DNA of 64,000 bases from Hemiscyllium ocellatum. Lineage: Eukaryota. The position numbers and the translations under genes were made by a program. The stretch lies in contig NC_083409.1 of assembly GCF_020745735.1 (NCBI RefSeq), positions 15,285,873-15,349,872 on the forward strand. Reading direction: 5' to 3'. Below, piece by piece: positions 12,301-25,769 of this stretch. Position 1 is the stretch's first letter, and each line of letters begins with the position of its first letter. The notes under the pieces are model-generated. The model searched no databases and had not been told where the DNA came from. It saw nothing but the letters and a program-made list of their open reading frames with translations.

Positions 12301-13238
12301 GTCATTTACATAAATGATTTGGATATGAACATAGGCGGTAGAGTTAGTAAGTTTGCAAATGACATGAAAATTGGAGGTGAAGTGGACAGTGAAGAAGGTT
12401 ACGTCAGATTACAATAGGATCTTGATCCAATGGGCAATTGAGCTGAGGAATGGCAGATGGAATTTAATTTAGATAAATGTAAGGTGCTGCATTTGGGAAA
12501 GCAAATCTGAGCAGGACTTATACTCTTAATAGTAAGGTCCTCGGGAGTGTTGCTGAACAAAGAGACTTTAGAGTGCATGTTCATAGCTCCTTGAAAGTAG
12601 AGTAGTAGTTGGATAGGATAATGAAGAAGACATTCGATATGCTTTCCTTTAATGGTCAGATTATTGAGTATAGGAATTGGGAGGTCACCTAGGCCACTTT
12701 TGAAGTATTGCATTCAATTCTGGTCTCCTTCCTATCAGAAAGATGTTGTGAAACTTGAAAGGGTTCAGAAAAGATATAAAAGGATGTTACCAGGGTTGGA
12801 GGATTTAAGCTATAGGGAGAGGTTAAATAGGCTGGGGATATTTCCCCTGGAGTGTCGGAGGCTGAGGAGTGACCTTACAGAGGTTTATGAAATCATGAGG
12901 GGCATGGATAGGGCAAAGAGACCAAGTCTTTTCCCTGGGGTGGTGGAGTCCAGTAATAGAGGGCATAGGTTTAGGGTAAGAGGGGAAGATATAAAAGAGA
13001 CTTGAGGAGCAACTTTTTCATGCACAAGGTGGTGAGAGCAGAGGAAGTGGTAGAGGCTGGTACAATTGCAACATTTAAAAGGCATCTGAATGGGTATATG
13101 AATTGGAAGGGTTTGGAGGGATCTGGGCCAGGAGTTGGCAGGTGGGACTAGATTGGTTTGGGATGTCTGGTCAGCATGGACAAGTTGGACCGAAGGGTCT
13201 GTTTCCATTCTGAATATCTCTTTGACTCTGTGACTCTA
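9310..13238 (+). mobile_element. Near full-length degenerate CR1 LINE (ORF1 SGNH-esterase + ORF2 APE/RT), interrupted by a SINE
   Basis: ORF1 GDS...VCCFPGARIKDV...VHFGTND; APE GGGVAFLIRD and GDFN; RT motifs with stops; degenerate (GACTCT)-type tail. Confidence 0.92.
10853..11144 (+). mobile_element. HE1-like tRNA-derived SINE
   Basis: Head GGCACGGTGGCACAGTGGTTA (A box) and GGTTCAATTCC (B box), CR1-like 3' end and (TAATC)n tail. Confidence 0.9.
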
Positions 13239-14099
13239 GGAGGAGGCTGTTCAGCCCGTCATGTCAGTGCTAGCTGTTTACTAACCTCACTCACAATGAA
13301 CATCTCCGTTGAATGTCTATTGTTGGGAAGTAATTGAATCTGGTTTAGAGACAGAATGTCTGACAAATATGAACAGATCAGAGTAAGTCAGCATGGATTT
13401 AAAAAGGGTCAGACATTTTTAACTAACCTGGTTACATGTTTTAACGAGGTCACTAATGTGGGAGATAAGGGAATGTGTTGTTTATATGGACGTCCAGATG
13501 ACATTCAAGGAAGTTTCACATAAGTGTTATAATGTTATCGTTGGAACAAAGAGATGACAGATAAACATATTCTGGATCTTGCTGCACAAATGAATTCTCA
13601 AATAAATCTCAGACATGTTGGTGAACTTGGGGTTTTATCAGAGGAATGAGCTGAAGGAAATCAGTTGTTGAGGAAAATGGTTCTGGGAAAATTAAAGTGT
13701 GTTAAATCAGCAGGGCCAAATAATCTATTTTCAGGAGTGCTTCAGGAAGTGGGTTGTAAAATATTAGAAACATTGATGGTTATCTGTTTGTCGACTGTGG
13801 AATAGGTCAAACAGAGTGGAGGGAGCTAATTTAACACGATTATTGAAAGAGAGAGAGAGAGATAGAGAGGGGGAAAATCAAACATTTTAGACCAATTAGC
13901 TAGAAATCAGCAGTGGAGAAAATGCTCAAGTTCATTACAAAATATTTGATAGCTTAGCACTTTGAAAACAGTGACAGAACTGGAGATAGTAAGCATGAAT
14001 TTTCGAAAGGGAAATCATGCTTAAAAAATCGACTGGAATTGTTTGAGGATGTAGTGAGTGGATTTGATAAGGGGGGCCCATGGATATGGTTTGTTTGGA

Positions 14100-17000
14100 C
14101 TTTGTAAAGGGAGTAGATCGGCGGTTCTGTGGTCAAAGACAAGACTCACGAATAGCATGTTGCCTCCCAGCTGTACGGCTCAGGGATGTCTCAGATCGGC
14201 TACAGGACATTCTGAAGGGGGAGGTAAACAGCTAACTGTGACTGTTCATGTAGGCACCGATGATATTGGTAATAAATGGGATGAGGTTCCGACAAGCAGA
14301 ATTTAGGGAGTTAGGAACCATATTAAAATGTAGGATCTCAGAGGTAGTAATCTCAGGATTGCTCCCAGTGCCATGTGCTAGTCAGAGTCGAAATGAAAGT
14401 ATAGGCAGGATGAATGCGTGGCCTGAGAGATGGTGCAGGAGGGAGGGGTTCAGATTTTTGGGACATTGGGACTGGTTCCTGGGGAGGTGGGACAATTACA
14501 AATCGAGTGGTCTACACCTGGGCAGGACTGAAACCAGTGTCCTGTGGGATATGTTTGATCACGTTCAAAATAGTGTAGCAGAGGGATGGGAACCAAATGA
14601 GGAAGTTAGTGGACAATAAGGAGGGAGTAACTAAAGCCTGTCAGGAACTAGATATTGAAGTTAGCGTGACTAAGGTTAAGAGTAGGTCGGGGGCAGATGA
14701 TGAAAGCAAAGGGACAGATGGTCTGAGGTGTATTGTTTTAATGTGAGAAGTGTAGTAGGTAAGGCAGAGGAATTTTGGGCTTGGATTAGTATCTGGGAGT
14801 ATGATGTTATTGCTATTACTGAGACGTGGTTGAGGGAAGGGCAAGATTGGCAACTAAATATCCCAGGATACAGATGTATCCGATGGGTTTGAGAGGGAGG
14901 TAAAAGGGATGGAGGAGTTGCATTATTGGTCAGAGTGGTTATCACAGGTGTGCTGAAGAGAGGGCACTATGGAGGACTCGAGCAGTGGGGCAATATGGGC
15001 AGAGCTCAGAAACAGGAAGGGTGCAGTAACAATGTCGGTGCTATCCTACAAGGCTCTAAGAGTGAACGTGGGATAGAGGTACAAATATGTAAACAGATTA
15101 TGGAAAGATGTAGGAGTAACAAGGTGGTGGTGATGGAAGATTTTAATTTTCCCAACATTGACTGGGATTCACTCAATGTTAGAAGTTAAGATGGAGCAGA
15201 ATTTGTAAGGAGCATCCAGGAGGATTTTACAGAGTAATGTGGAAATAATCTAACTCAGGAAGGGGCCAGGTATTGGGGAATGAGCCCGGCCAGGTGGTTG
15301 AAATTTCACTAGGGGATTATTTTGGTAACAGTGACCACAATTCCATAAGTTTTAGAATACTCATGGACAAAGACGAGAGTGCTCCGAAAGGAAGATGGCT
15401 AAACTGGGGGAAGGCCAACTATAGCAAAATTTGGCAGGAGCTGGGGAATGTGGATTGGGAATAGCTGTTTAAGGGAAATCCATATTTGATATGTGGGAGG
15501 CTTTTAAAGAGAGGTTGACTCGAGTCAGGGCAGACATGTCCCTGTGAAAATAAGGGATTGAAATGGCAGGATTAGGAACGCTGGATGACAGATGAAATTG
15601 TGAGCATAGCTAAGAGGAAAAAGGATGCATACATATGGTCGAGGTAGCTGAAAACAGGCAAAGCTTTGGAAGAATATCGTGAAAGTAGGACCAATCTGAA
15701 GTGAGGAATTAAAAGGGCTAAAAGGGGTCACAAAATATCATTAACAAATAGGATTAAGGAAAATCCCAAATCCTTTTATTCATATATAAGGAGCAAGAGG
15801 GTGACTAGAGAAAGGGTTGGCCCACTCAAGGAAAAAGGAGGAAAGTTATGTGTGGAGTCAGAGAAAATTGATGAGATTCTTAATGAGTGCTTTACGTCGG
15901 TATTCACCAAGGAGGGGGAAATGACAGATGTTGAAGTTGGGGATAGATGTTTGTTTATTCAGGGTCAAGTAGGTTTAAGGAGGGAGGAAGTGTTGGGTAT
16001 TTTAAAAGGCATCCAGGTGGACAAGTCCCCAGGTCGGGATGGGATTGATCCCAGGTTACTGAGGGAAGCAAGAGAGGAAATAGCTGGGGCCTTAATCAAT
16101 ATCTTTGTAGCAACTTTGAACATGGATGAGGTCCCAGAGGACTGGAGAATTGCTAATGTTTAAGAAGGGTAGCCAGGATAATCCAGGCAACTATCAACCA
16201 GTGAGCCTGATGTAGTGGTAGGGAACCTGCTGGAGAAGATACTGAGGGATAAGATCTATTTACATTTGGAAGAAAATTGACTTATTAGTTATAGGCAGCA
16301 TGAATTTGTGCAGGGAATGTCATGTCTTACCATCTTTATAGAATTTTTTGAAGAAGTGATGAAGTTGATTGATGAGGGAGGGCTATGGATGTCATACACA
16401 TGGATTTCAGGAATGCGTTTGATAAAGTTCCCCATGGCAGCCTGATAAAGAAATTTAAGTCGCATAGGGTCCAGAGTGTACTCACTAGATGGATAGAGAA
16501 CAGGCTGGGCAACAGAAGACAGACGGTAGTAATGGAAGGAGTTTCTCAAAATGGAGAACAGGAATCTGTGCTGGTACCGCTCTTGTTTATGATATACATA
16601 AATGATCTGGAGGAAGGTATAGGTGGACTGATTAGCAAGTTTGCAGATGACTCTAAGATTGGTGGAGTAGCAGATATTGAAAGGGACCGTCAAAGAATGT
16701 AGCAGAATATAGACAGATTGGAGAGTTGGGCAGAGAAACGGACGGATGGAGTTCAAACCAGGCAAATGCGATCTGAAGAAATTTGGAAGATCCAAATCTG
16801 GAGTAAACTGTACGGTGAATGGAACACCCTGGGAAAATTGATGCCCAGAGAGACCTGGGTGTTCAGGTCCATTGTACCCTGGAGGTGGCAACACAGGTCG
16901 ACAGAGTGGTCAAGAAGGCATATGGCATACCTTCCTTCACCAGACGTGGTATTCAGCACAAGAGTTGGAAGGTCATATTAGAATTATATCAGATTTTGGC

Positions 17001-17560
17001 CTGGCCACATTTGGAATACTGCGTACAGTTCTGGTTGCCACATTACCAGAAAGATGTGGATGCTTTGGAGAGGGTGCAGAGGAGTTTCACCAGGATTGCC
17101 TGGTATGGAGGGTGCTAGCTATGAAGAGAGGTTTAGTAGATTAGGATTATTTTCATTAGAAAGTCGAACGTTGCGGGGGGAACCTGATTGGGGTCTACAA
17201 AATCATGAGAGATATAGACAGGGTGGATAGCAAGAAGCCTTTTTCCCAGAGTGGGGGACTCAATTACTCTGGGTCATGAGTTCAAGGTGAGAATGGAAAC
17301 ATTTAAGGGAGATATGTATGGAAAGTTCTTCACACAGAGAGTGATTGGTCCTGGAACACGTTGCCAGTGGAGGTGGTAGAGGCAGGTACAATAGCATCAT
17401 TTAAGATATATCTAGATAGATACATGGATGGGGAGGGAGCAAAGGGAGACAGACCCTTGGGAAATTGATGACAGGTTTAGATGGAGGATTTGGACCAGTG
17501 CAGGCTAGTAGGGCCGAAGGGCCAGTTCTTGTGCTGTAATTTTCATTGCTCTTTGGTCTT
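14100..17560 (+). mobile_element. Degenerate long CR1 LINE (ORF1 esterase fragment + ORF2)
   Basis: VHVGTDDIG, EDFNFPNIDW, VDKSPGRDGI, DFRNAFDKVPH, FADD and LEYCVQFW fragments. Confidence 0.92.
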
Positions 17561-17564
17561 TGAA

Positions 17565-18845
17565 CTGAGGAAGCTCAAAGGAACAGCGTGATCTTGGGGT
17601 GCTTCTCCACTGATCCCTGAATATGGTAAGACAGGTTAACAGAGCAGTTATGAAGGCATAGGGGACACTTGCCTTTGTCATGTCAGGTATCGGTTATAAA
17701 AGCAGGAGGAGATGTGGCAGTTAAGCAGAACATTGGTGAGGCCACAGCTGGAGTACTGTGTGCAGTTCAGGTCACCACACTGTAGGAAGGATGTGATTGC
17801 ACTGGATGGGGTGCAGAGGGGAATCACCAGGATGTTGTGTGGGATGGAACCTCTCAGTGATGAAGAGAAATTGGATTAGCTCGGGTTGTTTTCTTCAGAG
17901 CAGAGAAGGTGGAGGGGGGATCTGATAGAGGTGTATAAGGTTATGAGGGGATTGGACAGGGAGGAGAGAAAGCAGCTGTTCTCCTTCTTGGGAGGGTCAA
18001 TAACAAGTTGGCTCACATTCAATGTCAAAGATAGGAGGTTTCAAGACGTTTTGAGAAAAGTGTTTTTTACCCAGAGGGTGGTGGGGGTCTGGAACGCACA
18101 TCCTGGGAGGGTAGTTGACGTGGGAAACCTCACAAACTTTAAAAAGTAGTTGGGTGAGCAGTTGAAATATCAGAACATTCAAGCTATGGGCCTGATGTTG
18201 GAAAGTGGGACTGGTGTAGGTTTACTGTAGTTTGGCTAGTACACAGTTAATGGGCTGAAGGGCCTCTTCTATACTGTGTGATTTTATGTTTCTGTTGTGT
18301 GCAGTTTTGGTCTCCTTACCTGAGGAAGGATGTTCTGGTTGTGGAGGGAGGGCAGCGAAGGTTTACCAGACTGATTCCTGGGAGGACAGCACTTAGATCT
18401 GATGAGAAACTGGATCAGTTAGGATTATATTCACTGGAGTTTAGAAATTTGAGAGGAATCACATTGAAACCTGTAAAATCCTAACAGGACAAGACCAGAA
18501 AACACAGGAATTATGTTCATGATGACTGGAGAATCCAGAACCAGGAATTACAGTTTAAAGAAAATGGAAAGGCCATTTCGGACTGAGATAAGGAACAGTT
18601 CTTTAGCCAGAGAGTGGGAAGCTGGTGGAATATTCTGTCACAGAAAGCAGTTGAGCTCAAAACATTAAATGTTTTCAAGAAAGCGACAGGTATAGATCTT
18701 AGGACTAAAGGGATTAAAGGTTATGGAGAAAAAATGGGAACAGGAGACTAAGTTGGATGATCAGTCATGGTCATATTGACTGGCAGAGCTGACTCGAAGG
18801 GCTGAATGGCCTCCTCCTGCTCCTAGTTCCTCTGTTTCTATGTTT
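17565..18845 (+). mobile_element. Two tandem CR1 3'-end fragments
   Basis: Repeated YCVQF/ERVQRRFTR/VWN motifs, each ending in a GGGCTGAAxGGCCT 3'UTR. Confidence 0.85.
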
Positions 18846-18879
18846 GAGAGACTGTTCATAAACATGGAAACATGTGGAA

Positions 18880-19915
18880 TTGTAGAGTCATAGAGTCATC
18901 GAGTCCTACAGCACAGATACAGGCCCTTTGGCCCAAACCAGACCATGCTGACCAAAATATCCATCCACACAAACCCCATTTGCCCTGCACTTGGCCCATA
19001 TCCTTCAAATTACATACTATCTATGTATTTGTCCAAATACCTTTTAAATGTTGTTCATGTACCCTCCTCAATCATTCCATACGACTACCACCTTCTGTGT
19101 AAAAATGATGCCCCTCAGGTTCCCGTTTATTCTAACCTTCAACTGATGCCCTCTAGGCCTTGATTCCCCAACCCTGGGACAAAGACTGAGTGCATTCACC
19201 CTATCCATGTTTCTCAAGATCTTATACACTTCTAAAAGATTCCCCTTTAGTCTCCAACATTCTTAAGAAAAATGTCCTAGCTTGCCCAAACTCTCCCAAA
19301 AACTCAGATGTTGAAACCTGGCAACATCCTTGTAAATTTATTCTGCACTCTTTCCAGTTTAATAATATCCTTCATATAACAAGGTGACCAAAACTGAACA
19401 CAATACTCCAAGTGCAGCCTCACCAACGTCATGTACAATTGAAACATAACTTCCCAACTTCTACACCCAGTGCCCTGACTGATGACGGCCAGTGTGCCAA
19501 AAGCCTTCTTCACTGCCCTGTCTAACTGTGACTCAACTTTCAGAGAACTGTGCACCTGAACTCTGAGATCCCACTGTTTCACTACAGTCCTGAAGGCCTT
19601 ACCATTCACCATGAAACTCCTACCTTGATTTAACTTTCCAAAATGCAAGACCTCATACTTATCTACATTAAACTCAATTTATCATTTCTTTTCCCACTTC
19701 CACAGCTGATCAAGGTCCTGTTACAATATCTGATAACCTTCCTCATTGTCCACAATACCGGCTATTGTAATGTCTTCTAAATCATTGATATTGATAACAA
19801 ACAATAATGGGCCCAGCATCAATCCTGAGGCACTCCACTAGACTCAGGCCTCCAGTCTGACAAGTATCCTTCCACTATGTCCCTCTGCTTTCTCCCATTC
19901 TCGCCAGTTAGAGAA
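18880..19915 (-). mobile_element. CR1 3' portion
   Basis: ORF 19304-19648 (DLRVQVH...LEYCVQFWSP); (CTATGACT) tail seen as AGAGTCATAGAGTCAT. Confidence 0.9.
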
Positions 19916-20641
19916 AAGTATTTATCTTTGGTCAGAAATTAGTTTGGAGGTAGGAGACAGAGAGGAGGGATAATGTGTGTGCTCTCCAATGAGCAAAATC
20001 TGGATAGTGGTGTCCCCAGGGAATTGGGCTGGAACCTCAGCATTTCACGATATTTCTAAATGACTTGGATGAAGGAATAGACAGCCATATATCCAAGATT
20101 GTTGATCACACTGAGTGAGGCAGTTTGAAGGAGGTTACAGAGATAGGGAGAGTGGAGGACAGGGAGGGACTTGAGAACAAGGATGAGAATTTGAAAATCA
20201 AGGTGTTGCTGGACCAGGAGCCAATGTAGGCACAGGGCGCAGGGGGTTGGAGGAATGGGATTTGATACGAGTTTAGATATGGGGCAGCAGAATTTGGGAT
20301 GAGCTGAAGGTTACGGAGGGCAGTGGCTGTGATGTGTGCAAGCGCAACATTGGTATGGTCATGTTTGGAGTCCCATGCACATGACAGAGATTTTCAGTTG
20401 CTGATCTTTGTGAGATGGAGGATATGGTGCTCAGATCAGCCCCAAAGATGAGGCCAAGTTTGTAAAGAGTCTGGTTGAGCAGCAGGCAGTGCTCAGGGAG
20501 AGGGATGGAATTTGTACTGGGAGCTGAAGGGAATGGCTTTGATCTTCCCAATGTGTTTCCCAGTGAGCCTGGCTCCTCAGTCCTGACTGCTCTTAGCTGC
20601 TGTGATTGTCACTGATTGGACACTTATTATTAGAGATTCTG

Positions 20642-20835
20642 ACCACAGCAGAAAGCCCCAGTGTAAAAAATAACTGCAAAGACTGTCAGATCGCAAGGTT
20701 GAAACTTCACCAAAAGAGGAAGTGAAATAAAGAGCTCGGAGCAGCTGGATGTTTGTTACTGAGACGGGAGAAAACTGTGAACTGTCTGCACTCCCAAGAA
20801 CCTGACAGCACAGGAGGCTGGTTCTGGGATTTTTC
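20642..20835 (+). promoter_or_regulatory. Candidate B-cell enhancer/promoter island (RUNX + ETS-IRF composite + E-box)
   Basis: ACCACA 20642-20647, AAAAGAGGAAGTGAAA 20712-20727, CAGCTG 20742-20747 and kB-like GGGATTTTTC 20826-20835, in a stretch with no recognisable TE. Confidence 0.45.
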
Positions 20836-20994
20836 TTTTCAGAAACAGCACAGTGATGGGAAAAAGGACAGTCACTCTCTCACAAACACATACACCTGCA
20901 CTCGGAGATCAGAAACAGAATCCAGCAGCAGCTCTGTCTCCAAGCTGTAAAACCTGAATGGAATTGTTCCCTCATTCAGTTTTTAACTGGCAGG

Positions 20995-21510
20995 ATAGAC
21001 CAAGCAGGGGAGGCAACACAGTGGTGTGTACAGTCGGAAGGGAGTTGCCCTGGGAGTCCTCACCATTAACTATGGAACCCATGAAGCCTCATGACAGCAG
21101 GTCAAACATGGGGAAGGAAACCTCCTGCTGATTACCACATAGCACCGCCCTCCACTCCAACCTCAACTGAGCAGTCAGTCCTCCTCCATGTTGACCAACA
21201 CTTGGAGGGAGCACTGAGGGTGGGAAGGATGCAGGATATACTCTGAGTAAGGGACTTCAAAGCCCACCATCAAGAGCTGCTCAGAAGCATCACTACTGAG
21301 CAAGTTGGTCAAGTTCCACCTGATTCAGCTGCTAGACTGGACCTGGGCAAGTGGTGAGGGAACCAACAAGAGGGAAAATCATACTCACTATCACCCTCAC
21401 CAACCTGCCTGCTGCTGGTGTATCTGTCCATGACAGTATCAGTAAGGGTGACAACTGCACAGTCCGTGTGGAGACAAAATCCCATCTTCACATTGAGATT
21501 ACCTTGCATT
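20995..21510 (+). mobile_element. L2/CR1-clade APE endonuclease fragment
   Basis: Decayed RPP, GDF, VVREPTRGK.IL and S.GDN..V.VET motifs. Confidence 0.7.
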
Positions 21511-22468
21511 TTGTTGGGCAAGAGATATGGGATGTCAGGAAGAACTTTTTTTAGCAGCAATTGGTAATGACTTGGAAATTAGTGCCCATTCAGGTGAGGC
21601 AGGTGAAGACACTCAGTGATGGCAATGGCAGATTGGATGGGCTCTTGATGGAAATAAACCTGCAAGGCCCTGGCTGTCGAGTAGGGGAGGGGGTGGGACT
21701 GACTGGATTGCTCCATGAAATGACAGCATTTACACACTTAGTCTCACCTTTACACAAAGACTGGGAGAAACAGACAAACCAGTTCACAGAAATGTTTTCT
21801 CAAGCAAAACACTCTTGAACCAACTCAGAGAACACACCAGTCTAGATTTACTAGAATAAAGCAGCAAATCAATGGCAAGGGAACAGCGACCCAAAAGTGT
21901 TGGAACTGAACAGTATATTCAATATCACAAACAACGAGAGAGGGAGGGATGAAGGGCAGGAAGGCAGAGAGGATACTCTCGGGGTCTGAAGGCTCTGCTG
22001 TCAATGGTGGGATGGAGGAAGCAACAATGGGCAGGAGACCAGAGACAGAAGGTGGAAGGGGGAGGGAGGGAATGTGAGTCTACAGCAGGACACAGAGTGA
22101 GGGAGGAGGGAGGCCATGGAGGCAATTGGCTGGCAGTGAGGTCAGATTCTAGAACAACTGTAGTTGTGAGACAGGGAAGGGATCACTCCATATCAGACAA
22201 GTTGGGGTTTATGGAATGTGGCTTCAGGAAGCTGGGAGAGGACATTGAAATCATAGAGTCAGGAGGTGGGATGAGCAGGAATTGGGGTTTCTGTGGTCAA
22301 GAGAGTGAGGTAATGCAGAGACAAACAATGTTGTGCAGATTGAAATAAGAGACCTACGTAATGGACAGGATGTGGGGTTACAGCTCAGGTACTGGACAGT
22401 CCGGTGGGAAGGAGGCCCATGTTTACTGTTTATTGGTCCTATGGGAAGGTGCCCCATGTTTACATCAT

Positions 22469-23705
22469 CATAGAGTCATAGAGGTTTACAGCGTGGCAAC
22501 AGGCCCTTCTGCTCAACTCATCCATGCCGACCAAGTTTCCAAAACTGAACTAGTCCCATCTGCATGCGTTTGGCCCAATCCTCTCTAAATCCTTCCTATC
22601 CATGTTCCTGTAAAAATGTCTTTGAAATCTAGTAATTGTACTCCCCTCTACCATTTCCTCTGGCAGCTCATTGCACATACACACCAACTTCTGTGTGAAA
22701 AGATTGTCTCTCAGGCCCCTTCTAATTCTTTCCCATCTCAACTTAAAAGTATTCCTTCTCATACTAGACTCTCCTACCCTGGGGGAAAAAAAAACTTTGG
22801 CTATTCACCTTATCTATGGCCCTAATGATTCTATAAACCTGTCTAAGGTCACCCCTCAATCTCCTGCATTCATTGGAAAAATCTCTCGGACTATCCATCC
22901 TCGCCTTGTAATTCAAACTCACCAACCTTGGTAACATCCCTGTTAATCTTTCTTTTATCCAAACCAGTGTAATAACTTCCTTCCTATAGCAGGGTAAGCA
23001 GGAATGTACACAGTGTCCAAATGTGGCCTTACCAATGCCTTGTACAGCTGTAACATGATGTCCCAGCTCCTGTACTCCCTGCTTTGACCAGTGAAGGTGA
23101 GCGTGCCAAATGCCTTCTTCACCACCCTCTCTACCTGTGACACCACTTTCAAGGAACTATGCACTTGTACCCCTCAGTGTCTCTGTTCAACAACACTCCC
23201 CATGGCTCTACCATCAGTTGTGTAATTCCTGCCCTAGTTGGTCTTACCAAAATGCAACTCCTTGCATTTATCGAAATTAAGCTCCATCTGGATTTGTTGA
23301 CCCACTGGCCCAGTTGATGAAGATGACATTGCATTCTTAGATAATCTTCTTACCTGTCCACGATGCCAACAATTTTAATGTCAGCCACAAACTTACTGAC
23401 ATTCCTGCTATTTTCTCATACAAATTGTTCATGTAAATGATGAACAACAGTGGATCCAGGATCGATTCTTGTGGAAGATGGCTGGTCACTGGCCTCCAGT
23501 CTCAAGATCAACCCTCTCTCACCAGCCTCTGCCTCCTACCATCAGGCCCATTTTATATCCAATTGGTTAACTCTACCTGGATCCTCTGTGATATAATCTT
23601 ACTAAGCAGTCTACAATGGGGAACCTTGTCTAAGGCCTTGCTAAAGTCCATGTCGACGATGTGTACTGATCTATCTTAAGCTATCTATTTCTTCAAAAAC
23701 TCAAC
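22469..23705 (-). mobile_element. CR1 3' portion inserted into a minisatellite
   Basis: ORF 22955-23164 (QLYKALVRPHL); tail CATAGAGTCATAGAG at 22469. Confidence 0.88.
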
Positions 23706-23734
23706 TATCCACTTGTCACCATTAGAAGGACAAG

Positions 23735-23985
23735 TGAACAGGAGGCCCACATTTACTGGTCTTCTTGGAGTATCCAGTCAGAAGGAGGTCCATGTTTACT
23801 GGTTTCCTTTGGAGAGTCCATTACGAAGGAGGCCAACATTTATTGGAGGCTCAAGCAGGAACAATGCCCATGTTTACTGGTCTCTATTGGGAGCTCAGTG
23901 GGAAGGAGGCCCATGTCTCTCTATGGGGCACTCTCGTGAACTGACGTCCATGTTTACTGGACTCTGTTGGAGAGTCCAGTGCAGT
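23735..23985 (+). repeat. Degenerate ~40-45-bp minisatellite (GGAGGCCCATGTTTACTGG core)
   Basis: About six diverged units; two more units at 22405-22468. Confidence 0.8.
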
Positions 23986-24404
23986 GTGGACACCATGGTG
24001 GGTGTGGGGTTCAGTTCCTTTCTGTTGTAACTGTGTGATGGTCCAACCCTCATCCCAGTAAAACACACTGACTCAGAGACTGATCGTAGAAGGGGAAGGA
24101 GAGGGGAAGGGATTGGAACATGTTGTGAATGGACAGGATGGGTTAGTGGGTCAGAGCCTGTGCTGTCCCTCCAGCTCACACTGATGGCCTGAGGATCTCC
24201 TCTCTCTGCTGGGCCTTCATGGAATGAGGTTTGTGTCCAAACCAGTCCCCAGTGAGAATAGGCCAACAGCACAGAACTGCCCTTCATTTAACAAGAATCT
24301 GTCCATCTTCCTGAGAGATACCAAAACCTGGTCAATGTGGAAATGGGCCTTTACTCCAGGAGAAGACATGCTTCTGGGGTCAAGGGTTAACATCCATTAG
24401 TGGG

Positions 24405-24795
24405 GCAGAGCAGAGAGAGATATATCCTGAATTCAACTGTCACCACCTGGGACACTGTGAGAAAGAGAGAGAAGTGAGACAGAGAGAGAGAAATAGAGGC
24501 CGAGTGGGCTGCGGAGAATGAGGGAGAAACAGAGGGAGAAATAGAGAGGGGTAGATAACATTTGGAGGCTTTCAATTGAAGTGAGAGATGGAGCGAGTGA
24601 CGAAGACAGTGAGAGATGGAGAAAGATTATGAGACGGAGTGAGGAAGCGTGAGTGAGTTGGAGGGAGTGGCTATGAGACAGAGTGAGAGAGAGGGAATAT
24701 GAGAGAGATTAACAGTGGGAGAGAGAGAGAGATGTAGAGAGATCAAAGTAGCAGATGTGAGACAGAAAGGGGAAAAGAGAGAGAGAGAGAGAGAA
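24405..24795 (+). repeat. GA-rich low-complexity tract
   Basis: Purine-rich imperfect (GA)n and GAGAGAAA repeats. Confidence 0.85.
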
Positions 24796-24799
24796 AGGT

Positions 24800-25720
24800 C
24801 CTGATCACCACATTCTGGGAAGGATGTGATTGTACTTGAGAGGGGGCAGAGGAGATTTTCCCAGGATGCTGCCTGGGATGAAGGGTCAGCTATGAGGAAA
24901 GATTGGAAAGGTTGGGGCTGTTTTCCTTGGAGCATTGAAGGTTGAGAGGGACCTGATAGAGAGGTATAAGATAAGGCAGTGATATGTTGCATAGGAAGGC
25001 ACTTTATACAAGAGTAAAGGACTCAATAACCAGGGACAGAGATTGAAGGTAACACAGACATGGACACATTGAAACTTGGAGCAGGAGCAGGCCATTCGGC
25101 CCTTTGAATCTTATGTGTCATTCAGTATGATCATGGCTGATCCTCTCTCTCAATGCTGTGCTGCTGCTTTCTCCCTATTTCCTTCATGCTGTTAAAACAC
25201 AAAACAACTTTTTTTTTTCTCTTGAATAAATTCAGTTCCTTGTCCTCCACAGCCTTCAGTGGTAGAGAATTCATCAGGTTGACCATTCTCTGAGTGAAGA
25301 AATGTTTCCTCATCTCAGTCCTAAATGGTCTACCCTGTATCCCCCTGAGCCTGTGTCCCCTGGTTCCAGATTCTCCAACCAGGGGAAACCTCCTCCCTGC
25401 CCAGCCCTGTTACAATTTTATGTGTTTCAATCAGATCCCCTATCATCCTTCTAAACGCGAGTGAATCCAGGCCCAGTTGAGTTGCAGAGTGAGAGGAGAA
25501 TTGAGGAGAAATGTTTTCACCCAGAGGGTGGTGGGAGTCTGGAACTCACTGCCTAAAAGGCTGGTTGAGTCACAAATTCTCGTGACATTGGAGCAGTGTT
25601 TAGATATTCCCTTGTGTTGCTATAGCCCCCAGGGTAATGGGCCATGAGCTGGAGGATGGGATTAGTGTCATCACATCTTTGTTTACCAGCACAGATACAA
25701 TAGGACAAATGGCCTCATTC
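24800..25720. mobile_element. Mixed-orientation old CR1 3'-end fragments abutting the V promoter
   Basis: TTCACCCAGAGGGTGGTGGGAGTCTGGAACTCACTGCC-type 3' motifs on both strands. Confidence 0.7.
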
Positions 25721-25769
25721 AGTGTTGTTCACATCAATCACTCTCTGAGACAAAGAGAGAGAGAGAAGT

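Noticed and set aside
20849-20890. CACAGTG heptamer in the upstream island
   Set aside because: No nonamer at 12 or 23 bp (the nearest ACAAACACA is at 26 bp) and no V-like frame precedes it.
23735-23985. Regularly spaced repeats resembling a CRISPR array
   Set aside because: Eukaryotic context, diverged head-to-tail units without unique spacers, and no cas genes.
24160-24465. Minus-strand splice acceptors after the CT-rich tract as possible partners for the antisense donor at 27180
   Set aside because: The pyrimidine tract is just the GA microsatellite, all frames stop quickly, and no donor or homology supports exons.
9000-25700. Additional V, J or germline-joined VJ genes on either strand
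   Set aside because: No second YYC/WYQQ/FGxG-encoding frame or consensus RSS pair was found by eye or in the ORF track.
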